Shown here piece after piece: positions 34,420-43,397 of a stretch of 64,000 nucleotides of DNA (the stretch's first letter is position 1; each line of letters opens with the position of its first letter). The position numbers and the translations under genes are program-made. Source of the DNA: a virus (taxonomy: Duplodnaviria; Heunggongvirae; Uroviricota; Caudoviricetes); IMG/VR virus record IMGVR_UViG_3300044807_000039, positions 64,001 through 128,000 of that record, one strand, 5' to 3'. The notes below the pieces were generated by a model, which was not told the origin of the DNA, did not search any database, and was given only the letters and a program-made list of their open reading frames with translations.

Positions 34420-35038
34420 TGAGGCACCATACTATAGAATTAATAGGTGGATAGAAAATAGACTCAGGGGAATAAAGGAGCTTAATGGTACAGTATTAAG
34501 CTCTCAAGTTATAATTCCTCCTAAGGCTTCCTACGTTACTGACGTTGACACTAACGATAGGTTTAGCGATGTTAGTTCCAATCAGGCTATCCCCTTTTTG
34601 TCTCCAGGTGGAGTGCTACCAGAGACCTTAACTGTTTATAACAGCACTACAAAGGCGTACTCACAATTGCCGGTAGGAACCTATACCGTGGGTCTACATA
34701 AGAATCATGATGAACCATGGAAGCTTTGTGGCCAAATTGCATATACCTTTATGTTTGGTGAGCAGAAAAAGCTTACTGAGATTGTCAACTTTGTTGAAAC
34801 CTTGACCAAGCGCGAGGACAAATCAGCCTACGATTGTAACTGGTTCTATCGTAACGATGCCACTTATCCATTTGATATGAAAAGCATTAATTTTTTGACG
34901 GCAGCCGGTCCAACTCCATCAAAGGATGAGGGTGGACCAGCTCTATTTGTCGTTGCAATTGGTTATGACGCCACCTATGAAGGTCCAAACAGGGTTGGCG
35001 ACTATGGCGACGAAACTGATAGCTTTATGTGGAATTAA
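34406..35038 (+). CDS. tail terminator-like protein
   Basis: Position before the major tail gene. Confidence 0.55.
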   Translation: MTVYDEAPYYRINRWIENRLRGIKELNGTVLSSQVIIPPKASYVTDVDTNDRFSDVSSNQAIPFLSPGGVLPETLTVYNSTTKAYSQLPVGTYTVGLHKNHDEPWKLCGQIAYTFMFGEQKKLTEIVNFVETLTKREDKSAYDCNWFYRNDATYPFDMKSINFLTAAGPTPSKDEGGPALFVVAIGYDATYEGPNRVGDYGDETDSFMWN

Positions 35039-35040
35039 AT

Positions 35041-35070
35041 TTGCGTGATAACGTCTAGATGTGTGATAAT
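35041..35070 (+). promoter_or_regulatory. promoter of the major tail gene
   Basis: TTGCGT-N18-GATAAT with TGTG extended -10. Confidence 0.55.
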
Positions 35071-35125
35071 AAATTCGGAAGAAGACTCGATCGACTATAA
35101 ATAAAACAGGAGGTGAAAATAAGAT

Positions 35126-35875
35126 ATGGCAAAGGCAACTAACAGAAACGTTATCGTTGGTGCGGCTGCAACCTTTCTTTCTGTAAGTGATTCACTTCAG
35201 AGCGATTGGGATAGTGTAGTCCTTCCGGCGCGTGTACCGGGTACTCCGTACACAAGAACCCTTGAAGCTAATGATGCAGCAAGCGCACCTACTCGTAAGT
35301 GGCGCGGAACTGGTTATACTTCTGGAGGTATTGAGGTTTCCTACAACCCAGACTATGGAGAGGTTGACGTAGATCAACTACTTGATGCTGCAAAGATGTT
35401 CAAGCAGAAGATGAGCGCTACCGTAAAGACTACATTTGCTGAGGCAACTCTAGAAAACTTGCTTGTTGTTTGGGCACAGGGTGGATCTTCACTACGTAAC
35501 GCCGCAGGAAGTGCAACCGCTGTTGACATCGCTGGTAACGTTGTAGACGCAACCAAAGACTTTGAAGGTGTAACCGTTCCAGCCGATGAAGACGTTCTAG
35601 GTCTAGAAGCAGGTTCACTTGGTGTTGAGCCGGTAGAGCGTCAAGTAGTATTCGTTGGACCTTCTCCGCGTGTTGCACCTGGTGGTGTAAACGCTAATAA
35701 GAAGCGTGAGCGAATTTACCACGTTCGTCGTGCACTCAGCGTTGATGCTTCAACCCACTCACTAAAGAAGAATGAGGCGACCTTGTTCCCAGTGAACTTC
35801 CGCCTACTACCTTCCGAGGTATCTGGTGCTGAATATGGTACCATTCGTGATCGTTTGATCCCGGTTTCAGCGTAA
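35126..35875 (+). CDS. major tail protein
   Basis: RNVIVGAA, GYTSGG.E..Y.P.YGEV.VDQLLD and T.FAEATLENL motifs. Confidence 0.9.
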   Translation: MAKATNRNVIVGAAATFLSVSDSLQSDWDSVVLPARVPGTPYTRTLEANDAASAPTRKWRGTGYTSGGIEVSYNPDYGEVDVDQLLDAAKMFKQKMSATVKTTFAEATLENLLVVWAQGGSSLRNAAGSATAVDIAGNVVDATKDFEGVTVPADEDVLGLEAGSLGVEPVERQVVFVGPSPRVAPGGVNANKKRERIYHVRRALSVDASTHSLKKNEATLFPVNFRLLPSEVSGAEYGTIRDRLIPVSA

Positions 35876-35893
35876 TAATTTTATAGTTTTAAG

Positions 35894-35922
35894 AAAATAC
35901 CTCCCTTCGGGGAGGTATTTTT
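35894..35922 (+). terminator. intrinsic terminator
   Basis: AAAATACCTCCC-TTCG-GGGAGGTATTTTT. Confidence 0.85.
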
Positions 35923-35928
35923 GTGCGT

Positions 35929-35958
35929 TTGCCCTGAGTCATCACAATGTGTTAAAAT
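35929..35958 (+). promoter_or_regulatory. promoter of the chaperone/tape measure operon
   Basis: TTGCCC-N18-TAAAAT with TGTG. Confidence 0.55.
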
Positions 35959-35988
35959 AAAGCTAACAAAGAAAGGGATTAAAAATAC

Positions 35989-36345
35989 ATGAGCAAGCGT
36001 ATTTATACTGTTGAGGAAGTGGAGCTACAGGATTGGGAAACCCCCGTCCGTATTCATCCTCTAACAATTAAGAAGTTCCGCAGACTTGCAGAAATCCTAG
36101 AAAAGCTAAATCCTACCGATGCAGTCAAGGCTAAGAAAGGCTACAAGGAAGAAGCTTTCCTAGATGTCATTCTTGAAGCAACTGCCTTTGCAATGGAAAC
36201 TTTTGAGCCAGAACTTGGCGAAGTTGATAAGCTCGCAGATCATATCGACATGCCAACTATGGAACGCATTCTAGATATTGCCGCTGGAGTGAAATTAAAT
36301 GACCCAAATCTAGCGGCGGCGACGGAGATGGGTGGGAAGAGTTAA
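35989..36345 (+). CDS. tail assembly chaperone (G)
   Basis: 118 aa between major tail and tape measure. Confidence 0.85.
   Translation: MSKRIYTVEEVELQDWETPVRIHPLTIKKFRRLAEILEKLNPTDAVKAKKGYKEEAFLDVILEATAFAMETFEPELGEVDKLADHIDMPTMERILDIAAGVKLNDPNLAAATEMGGKS
36303..36309 (+). other. -1 programmed frameshift slippery heptamer C CCA AAT
   Basis: X XXY YYZ in frame 0 of the chaperone; the -1 frame is open from here to TAA 36659. Confidence 0.75.
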
Positions 36346-36659
36346 TAGAACTAGAAGCTGAAGTTCTATATCTCTATCCAGGAGCCTATAAAAACTTTGA
36401 TGAGCTTGAAGAATATCTTACTAGAGATGAATTAATTAAGATGTACGAAAAAGCTTATGAAGTTCGTAAAGAAGAAAAACGTTTCGCTGCCGCCTTAAAA
36501 GGTATTGATATTGACGAAGGCGCAACAACTGAATTTGATGACATTAAACGTAGGGCAGAAGCTAAGGCAATGGGCCTAAGTGAAGAACAATTCGAGCTTC
36601 ATGGAATAATTAATATTATCGATGAAGACGAAGAAGAATACGAGGATGAAACAGAATAA
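36309..36659 (+). CDS. tail assembly chaperone frameshift extension (GT)
   Basis: -1 frame reads ...WEELIELEAEVLYLYPGAYKNFDELEE...EDETE*; includes track ORF 36441..36659. Confidence 0.7.
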   Translation, partial: SSGGDGDGWEELIELEAEVLYLYPGAYKNFDELEEYLTRDELIKMYEKAYEVRKEEKRFAAALKGIDIDEGATTEFDDIKRRAEAKAMGLSEEQFELHGIINIIDEDEEEYEDETE

Positions 36660-39600
36660 GTAGCGAAAATATTGGCGTTAATTTTAGCGTCACAGCAGAA
36701 ACTACAGCGGCAACCACCGCTGTTAATTCGCTACGTACTTCTGTTGCTGGACTAGAAAAGCAGATAGGAATGCTGAATAACAGCAAACTGTCTGCTATTT
36801 CTGGTGAAATTGGTAAGATTGCCAATCCGAAGTTTGATTGGAATCCTGGGCTTAGGCAGATGGATGATCTTACTAAGAGTATTCAAAAAGGTAAGCTTAG
36901 TATTGGTGAATATTTCAAGCAATGGCGTACCGGTGTTGACGATATCGCCAGTCATCAAGAAAGACTTTCTAGATCAGTAGCTACGCCAATTGGCACCAAG
37001 GGCGCCATGGCGATGACAATTCCATCGGCTGCTAGTATAGCTCCGACTGTAACGGCAATGGAGAAGATGAATAGGCAGTTTGCCGTTCAATCTGAATTGC
37101 TTTCCGGAATGGGAACCAAAATCCAGGATTGGGGTAAGAATACCCAATGGGCTGGACGCCAGATGATGGTCGGTTTTACCGTTCCATTTGCTATGGCAGC
37201 AGCAGCAGCCGGTAAGTACGCTATGGATATCGACAAGGCACTGACTCGTATTGAAAAGGTATATGACGGGTCTACAAAGGGACTCCGTGAGCAAGCCGTA
37301 TCTGTAGCTACCGACATTACTAAGTCTTTAGGTGTAACCGTTCAGTCCAGCCTTGAGATCATGGGTGAACTTGCAGCGGCGGGCAAGCAAGGTGCGCAGA
37401 TGTTTGAACTTACCGCACAGGCACAAAGACTTTCTGTTCTAGGTGACGTAGACAAGGAAGAGTCAATTAAAGCCGTAATCTCCTTGTCTACTATTTATGG
37501 ATTGACCACCAAGGAATTAGCCGCCTCTATTGATTACCTTAATGCCGTAGACGCCAAGACTCCTACCAGCATGAAGGATCTAGCCGACGCTATTCCAATT
37601 GCTGGTGCAACTGTTAAACAATTGGGTGGAGATCTTAAGGACACTACTGTATTACTTTCTGCGTTCAAGGAGCGTGGCATTAGCACTGTTGAGGGTGCTA
37701 ACGCTATCAAGTCTGCTATGAACCGAGTATTGGTACCGACTGCGGCTGCTAAGAGTCTCTTTAAGGAATTCGTACATCAGGATCTAGAAACTGTCGTAGC
37801 TAGCAAAAAGGGTGACCCGCTAGACACTATGCAGGCTATTTCTGATGCAGTTATGGGTGGAAACGTAGCCCTTGAAGACCAGCAAAAGATCATCAGCAAG
37901 CTTTTTGGAACATATCAGTCTACCAGAATTACTGGTCTCCTACAGGGTCTCCAGCAATCTAATGGTGCCGTAGCTGAAACAAAGAAACTGTCCGAACAAT
38001 CGGATGGTGAACTTCGTGACATTGCGGAAAAGCATCGTCTAGCGATTGTCAACTCTGCCTCAAGACAGTTTACCATTGCAGTAGAAAGCTTTAAGACCGA
38101 ACTAAAATCATTCGGTGACTTTGCACTTCAGATCGCAACCGTAGCCATTCAGGCATTTGGTAAGATCTTCAATCTCTTTAATAGTATGCCGGGGCCGCTT
38201 AAGGCTATCGTTATAGGTGTAGCATTACTAGCCGCTGTAGCTGGCCCTATTGTCATGCTTGCCGGTCTATTCGGTAACCTGTTTGGTAGCGTAATTAAGT
38301 TTGCTGGATTCCTTACTGGTCTACGCAAGGGTTACAACTCAATGACTATTGACCAGAAGGCTGCACAGCTGGCAGCCAATGGAATGACCAATAGTATGAT
38401 GAAAGAGTCTGAAGCGGCTCAAATTCTCATCGTGCAGATGGGTAAGCTTCTTGGGGCAATTCAAGCCGTAGATGTTGCGCAGGCAAAGGCTGTTGCTACT
38501 CCAGGAGTACTTGGTGGCGGTATGGCTGTATTGCCTAATCAAACTCGTGCAGTGCAGAATCCCGTGACTGGATCTTGGCGTACAAACACTGGAAAAGATG
38601 TTTCTGCTGATGAGGCGGTATTACTCAACAAGCAGCAGAAGGATCTTACCGCCGAGAAGGAAAAGACTGCAAAGGCAGAAACTCAAGTAGCAGAGGAAGT
38701 CAAAAAGACTAGTTTGGCACAGCGTGCCTTTAGCACCGAATCCCTAGTCGGTGTCGGTGCGGTTGCTGGCATAGCGAGCATGGCTGCTGAATCTGGTTCT
38801 AACATGGAAAGATGGCTTACCTGGATTTCACTAGGATCAGTAGCCTTGAGCGCCATCATTCCGATTGTCACTAAGATTGGCACTGTGGTTGCTGGAATGG
38901 ATATGTTTAAGGCTTTAACCGGAGGTGGAGGTTTAACCAGTAAGCTAGGTGATCTGGGAGCCAAAATTGGTTCAAGCATTAAGAGCGGATTCAGTGCAGC
39001 CATATCTTTTATGAAAACGCCAATGGGTATTGGAATTGGGGTAGCAACACTTGCTGTTCTTGGTATTACAAAGCTTGTCTCGGCTGAAGCAGATCGCTTG
39101 CAAGAAAAGCACCAGCAGATCCTTCGTTCAACCGATGACTGGACCAAAGCACTTGGACGAACTAAGGTCGAATGGGGTCAAATCAAGAATGAAGCCGGAC
39201 AAGTAGAAGACACTGTGGCTTCAATGGCTGAAAAAATGAAGACCGATAATGCTCCAATGGTAGACCGATTCAAGAATGTCAGTGATCCGAAGGAACTTCA
39301 ATGGATGGCAAATACCCAAGTTGGTAACCTACAAGGTCAAGGACTAAATCAAAAAGAAACCATGGATGCCATGGAGGCTCTACTTCGCGCCGCTGGTAAA
39401 ACTCGTGAGGAAATTTTAAAGATTCTTTCTAATATTCGAGTAAGTTTTGACTTTACTAATGGCGAGCAGGACTTTGAGGGATTTATAGCGGCCATTAAGA
39501 AGAAGGCAGCTGCCCTACAGACTAATCTATTTAGCGATAAGGCTACCCAGTTCGATAGCGCTGGCACTGCTTCTATTTCTGGTGACGCTTTGCAGAATCT

Positions 39601-42600
39601 CAATAGGGAAACTGAAGAGCTTGCTCAGCAATTCAAGGATCGCATTGCAAATATGTCCGATGTTGACCGAGCTGTATTTGCTAAGAAGTTTGCTGATCAA
39701 ATGGCTCAGGGCTATTCTGCTGGGTTCCAAACTCTTAATAGTGAGTATGGCGGAAAGCTTGGTAAGGATTGGGCGGATGCAAGGCAGAAGTTTATGGAGT
39801 TCAACAAGGACGATGGAACTTGGCAGCTCAACGATGCTGGAAAAACTCAGCTGGATACTTCTGCTGGGCAGAAGCTAACCTACCTAGCTAAAGAAGAATC
39901 TGATCTAGCCAAGGCTATTGCAAAGGCCAATGGCGCTAGCGATGATCAGCTAAAGCATATTTCCGTAATGGGAGACATTATGCCTTCGCTAAGCCAGGGT
40001 GTAGGAGATGCCACCAAGACCCAGAATGCATTCAATAAGGCTGTAGAAGCTTATGAAAAGGGCTCAGGCCGCAAGATGACCGATGTTGAGAAACTGAAGA
40101 TGGCAGCCGTATACGCATCTGTATCTGGCTTGACCGCTGCGGTACTCGTAACCAACGGTTATTCTAATGCAAACATGGCATCGGCACAGGCAGCAGAGGC
40201 CAATGCTCGTGGAATTCAAACACTTATTGGCGGCTTAAAGGAAGCTGCAACTGCGGGTAAGGATATGTGGGATAACATTGCAGATCCAGGCGGTGGCGGA
40301 TTCGATGCGCTCGGTGGAGATGCAGCCGCTCAAGCACAGAAGCTTACTGACGTTCAAAAGGGTATTTTCAGTGGTACCATGAATAACGTATATGATGCAT
40401 ACGCATCAAGTGCTGAGGAGACATGGAAAAATAGACTGGACAATATCACTAAGGCATTTGAATCTAAAAAGGAAGCACTGCAAAAGCAGATGACTGACTT
40501 TGATAAGGCTTATGATCAAAAACAGCAGGCATTTGGTGATCGCTGGGATGCCACCATGGAATCCACAAAGCAGTCATTTGCAGATCGCCAAAAAGCAATT
40601 GAAGATCAGGCAACTGCACAAATTGATTCCATTGATAATCAAATTCAAGCAATTCAAGATCAGAAAGCTGCCGAGGCAGAACTAGAAAACGCTCGCCAAA
40701 AGCAATTTGAGGCTGAGAAGCAGCGCATCGAACGCATGACTACACTTGCCAATAACCGCATTGCCTACAGCAGAGCAATCGGCGGGGGTAATCTAGACGA
40801 AGCGGCACGTGTACAGAACAACAGCGAGTCAGTATCGCTAGGTTGGTCTATTGATGATGCTAATTCACGCGCATCGGATAAGGCCGCTGCTAAAGACAAG
40901 CTAAGCGACCAGCAGATAAAGGAGCTTAATAGCACCAAGGATCTTATCCAGAAGCAGAAGCAGGCTAAGCTTGATGCACTCAAGGAGGAAGAGGACGCTG
41001 TAACCAAGTCGCTTGAAAAGCAACGCGAGGCTGAAAAGCGCTCTATGGAGACCGCCCGTGATATCGAAAAGGAACGTCTTCAGAATAGATTGGATGGTCT
41101 AGCTAAAGAGCAGTCTGCCGCTGAAGATAAGGAGCGCAAGGTCCAGGAAATGAATAAGCGCACCCTGGATATCCAGCTTGCCACTCTAAAAGCATTCATT
41201 CCACAGAATGAGGCTCAGCTAAACGATCACATCAATAGGGTCGGTGGAGCATATGGCCAATTCGGTCTAGGCTTGCAAGGTGCTGGTAGTATGTGGGGAC
41301 AGATCGTTGGTAACGCATTGCAAAACAACGTAGATATTGCTAGGAATCAGATGTCTAGTGATGCAAACTGGGGTGCCTTTGGTGCACAGGTAGCCGGTGC
41401 TATCGCACAGGGTGCTTTTGGTTTGAACCTTAATGACTTTATGAACTTGCTTCGTACGGGTAATCCGCCTGCTGGTTGGGCTCCTCCAGGAGTTCAAACA
41501 ATTCAGCAGCGCTCTTCGGATGCTATTCACTACCGACACACAGGTGGTTTGGTTGACGACACCCTAGGTTCTCGTGCTGGTATTGGCGGCGATGGTCTAC
41601 ATCCTTCTGAGATGCCAATTGTGGCACAGCGCGGAGAGTTTGTTATCAACAAGGATGCAGTGCAGCGTCTAGGAACACAGAACCTAACTCGCATTAACGC
41701 GGGTGATCCAAAGGCAATTAGTTCTGGTGTAAGCGTCGCAGGTTACGGTGGTGGTTTTGCTGGAATTATGGGTAGAGCAATGACCCAGATAGCAGTTAAT
41801 AACCTTGCGGCTCACTATGCTGCGGAAAATTCAAAGGTTGCAGCTGCCCTTGGATTTGATACTGGTTCTGGCACCGGTGCCGCTGTAGACTTTGCTAAGG
41901 CTCAGGATGGGAAGCCATATATCTGGGGTGGAGTAGGACCAGCAGGATATGACTGTTCAGGTTATATGTCTGCAATTGCTAACGTACTTACTGGAAAGAG
42001 CCCTCACAACCGTCTATTTAGCACTGGAATGGTTCAGAATGGAAAGGCATTTGGTCCATTCGTTCCTGGTCTAGGTGGTAAGTTCCAAATTGGTGTATCT
42101 AATGGTCACACTGCTGGTACGCTTATGGGAACAAATGTTGAGTCAACCGGAAACCATGTTCGTTATGGAAAAGATGCTCACGGTGCTACCGATAAGCAAT
42201 TTAATCTTCGTTTTCACGTACCGGATGATAAGGTTGTAGAAGGTGCAGCAGCATGGAGCGGCGGCCCTGTAGATGAATCTAATCTATCTAGGCTTATTGT
42301 TCAAATCGGTAAGAATAGAGGATTCAGCCGTAAGGGTGCCGAGGTTGCTCTTATTACTGCTATCGTTGAGTCTGGAATTAGGAACCTTAATTATGGTGAT
42401 CGTGATTCACTGGGTATTTTCCAGCAGCGTCCAAGTCAAGGCTGGGGTACTCCTGCACAGATTATGGACCCTAACTATAGTACAAATAAATTCTATAGTG
42501 CTTTGGCCGGAGTAAAAGGCTGGGAGGGCATGCTTGAAGGAACAGCTGCTCAGCGAGTTCAGCGTTCTGCATATCCAGATAGATATCAGACTAAGTTGGG

Positions 42601-42970
42601 ACAGGCAATCAGTCTTGTTAATCAGTCTGGTTTTTATGATGCTGGAGGCGACATTCTTCCCGGAAATACTTTGGTAAAGAACGCTACTAACCAGGTAGAA
42701 ACCGTTGTTACTTTTGATACTCGAAATGCTCTTATTGGAGCACTAGAAAAGGCCAACGTGACCTATTCTGGATTTGCAGATATTTTGAAAACAGCCATTG
42801 TGCCTGGTAGCGTAGCTCCCGGCTTTGACACTGGCCCGTCAAACACATATACTTACGAAGTGAACATTAATGGTTCTAGTTTGAGTGCAAACGAATTGAA
42901 GCGCGTAGTTAGCGATGCCATTGATGAAAAACACATGAAGACTCAAAAGAAACTGGGAAAGATTAAATGA
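36656..42970 (+). CDS. tape measure protein with C-terminal NlpC/P60 and lytic domains
   Basis: More than 2060 aa; reading frame open back to ATA 36656 (track uses ATG 36770); KPYIWGG.GP.GYDCSG and AIVESG.RNL..GDRDSLGIFQQRPSQGWG motifs. Confidence 0.92.
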   Translation: MSSENIGVNFSVTAETTAATTAVNSLRTSVAGLEKQIGMLNNSKLSAISGEIGKIANPKFDWNPGLRQMDDLTKSIQKGKLSIGEYFKQWRTGVDDIASHQERLSRSVATPIGTKGAMAMTIPSAASIAPTVTAMEKMNRQFAVQSELLSGMGTKIQDWGKNTQWAGRQMMVGFTVPFAMAAAAAGKYAMDIDKALTRIEKVYDGSTKGLREQAVSVATDITKSLGVTVQSSLEIMGELAAAGKQGAQMFELTAQAQRLSVLGDVDKEESIKAVISLSTIYGLTTKELAASIDYLNAVDAKTPTSMKDLADAIPIAGATVKQLGGDLKDTTVLLSAFKERGISTVEGANAIKSAMNRVLVPTAAAKSLFKEFVHQDLETVVASKKGDPLDTMQAISDAVMGGNVALEDQQKIISKLFGTYQSTRITGLLQGLQQSNGAVAETKKLSEQSDGELRDIAEKHRLAIVNSASRQFTIAVESFKTELKSFGDFALQIATVAIQAFGKIFNLFNSMPGPLKAIVIGVALLAAVAGPIVMLAGLFGNLFGSVIKFAGFLTGLRKGYNSMTIDQKAAQLAANGMTNSMMKESEAAQILIVQMGKLLGAIQAVDVAQAKAVATPGVLGGGMAVLPNQTRAVQNPVTGSWRTNTGKDVSADEAVLLNKQQKDLTAEKEKTAKAETQVAEEVKKTSLAQRAFSTESLVGVGAVAGIASMAAESGSNMERWLTWISLGSVALSAIIPIVTKIGTVVAGMDMFKALTGGGGLTSKLGDLGAKIGSSIKSGFSAAISFMKTPMGIGIGVATLAVLGITKLVSAEADRLQEKHQQILRSTDDWTKALGRTKVEWGQIKNEAGQVEDTVASMAEKMKTDNAPMVDRFKNVSDPKELQWMANTQVGNLQGQGLNQKETMDAMEALLRAAGKTREEILKILSNIRVSFDFTNGEQDFEGFIAAIKKKAAALQTNLFSDKATQFDSAGTASISGDALQNLNRETEELAQQFKDRIANMSDVDRAVFAKKFADQMAQGYSAGFQTLNSEYGGKLGKDWADARQKFMEFNKDDGTWQLNDAGKTQLDTSAGQKLTYLAKEESDLAKAIAKANGASDDQLKHISVMGDIMPSLSQGVGDATKTQNAFNKAVEAYEKGSGRKMTDVEKLKMAAVYASVSGLTAAVLVTNGYSNANMASAQAAEANARGIQTLIGGLKEAATAGKDMWDNIADPGGGGFDALGGDAAAQAQKLTDVQKGIFSGTMNNVYDAYASSAEETWKNRLDNITKAFESKKEALQKQMTDFDKAYDQKQQAFGDRWDATMESTKQSFADRQKAIEDQATAQIDSIDNQIQAIQDQKAAEAELENARQKQFEAEKQRIERMTTLANNRIAYSRAIGGGNLDEAARVQNNSESVSLGWSIDDANSRASDKAAAKDKLSDQQIKELNSTKDLIQKQKQAKLDALKEEEDAVTKSLEKQREAEKRSMETARDIEKERLQNRLDGLAKEQSAAEDKERKVQEMNKRTLDIQLATLKAFIPQNEAQLNDHINRVGGAYGQFGLGLQGAGSMWGQIVGNALQNNVDIARNQMSSDANWGAFGAQVAGAIAQGAFGLNLNDFMNLLRTGNPPAGWAPPGVQTIQQRSSDAIHYRHTGGLVDDTLGSRAGIGGDGLHPSEMPIVAQRGEFVINKDAVQRLGTQNLTRINAGDPKAISSGVSVAGYGGGFAGIMGRAMTQIAVNNLAAHYAAENSKVAAALGFDTGSGTGAAVDFAKAQDGKPYIWGGVGPAGYDCSGYMSAIANVLTGKSPHNRLFSTGMVQNGKAFGPFVPGLGGKFQIGVSNGHTAGTLMGTNVESTGNHVRYGKDAHGATDKQFNLRFHVPDDKVVEGAAAWSGGPVDESNLSRLIVQIGKNRGFSRKGAEVALITAIVESGIRNLNYGDRDSLGIFQQRPSQGWGTPAQIMDPNYSTNKFYSALAGVKGWEGMLEGTAAQRVQRSAYPDRYQTKLGQAISLVNQSGFYDAGGDILPGNTLVKNATNQVETVVTFDTRNALIGALEKANVTYSGFADILKTAIVPGSVAPGFDTGPSNTYTYEVNINGSSLSANELKRVVSDAIDEKHMKTQKKLGKIK

Positions 42971-42982
42971 TTGGAGTAGGTA

Positions 42983-43396
42983 ATGCCACCGCGTCCTAGA
43001 ATACTGCCTATCGATGCCGGTTTGGCAATCGCTGGCCATAGACTATCCGATCATAATAGAGGGCCTATAAGCATTAGTCCTGAAAGATTTGAGAATCGAA
43101 AGCGCATGGCTAACGGAACCTTGCGCAATTTCGTTGTTTCACAAAAGAGAAAAATAAAGACTAGCTGGGAAAATTTACCAGCACAGGACGCGATTACGGT
43201 TGATGGATTTTGGGGGGCAAATAGTATTTCTGGATTCTACGATGATACTTTTGGTGCCTTCACCTTACGACTTACTTATGGAGATAAAACCTTTGAGGAT
43301 ATTTTGGTAATGTTTGCAGACTTTTCAATACAGCTGCGAAAGCGCGGCGGATATACAGATTTATATAGCGTTGATGTAACATTCGAGGAGGTTTAA
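42983..43396 (+). CDS. distal tail (Dit)-like protein
   Basis: Follows the tape measure; RMANGTLR and SW..LP motifs. Confidence 0.75.
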   Translation: MPPRPRILPIDAGLAIAGHRLSDHNRGPISISPERFENRKRMANGTLRNFVVSQKRKIKTSWENLPAQDAITVDGFWGANSISGFYDDTFGAFTLRLTYGDKTFEDILVMFADFSIQLRKRGGYTDLYSVDVTFEEV

Positions 43397-43397
43397 G

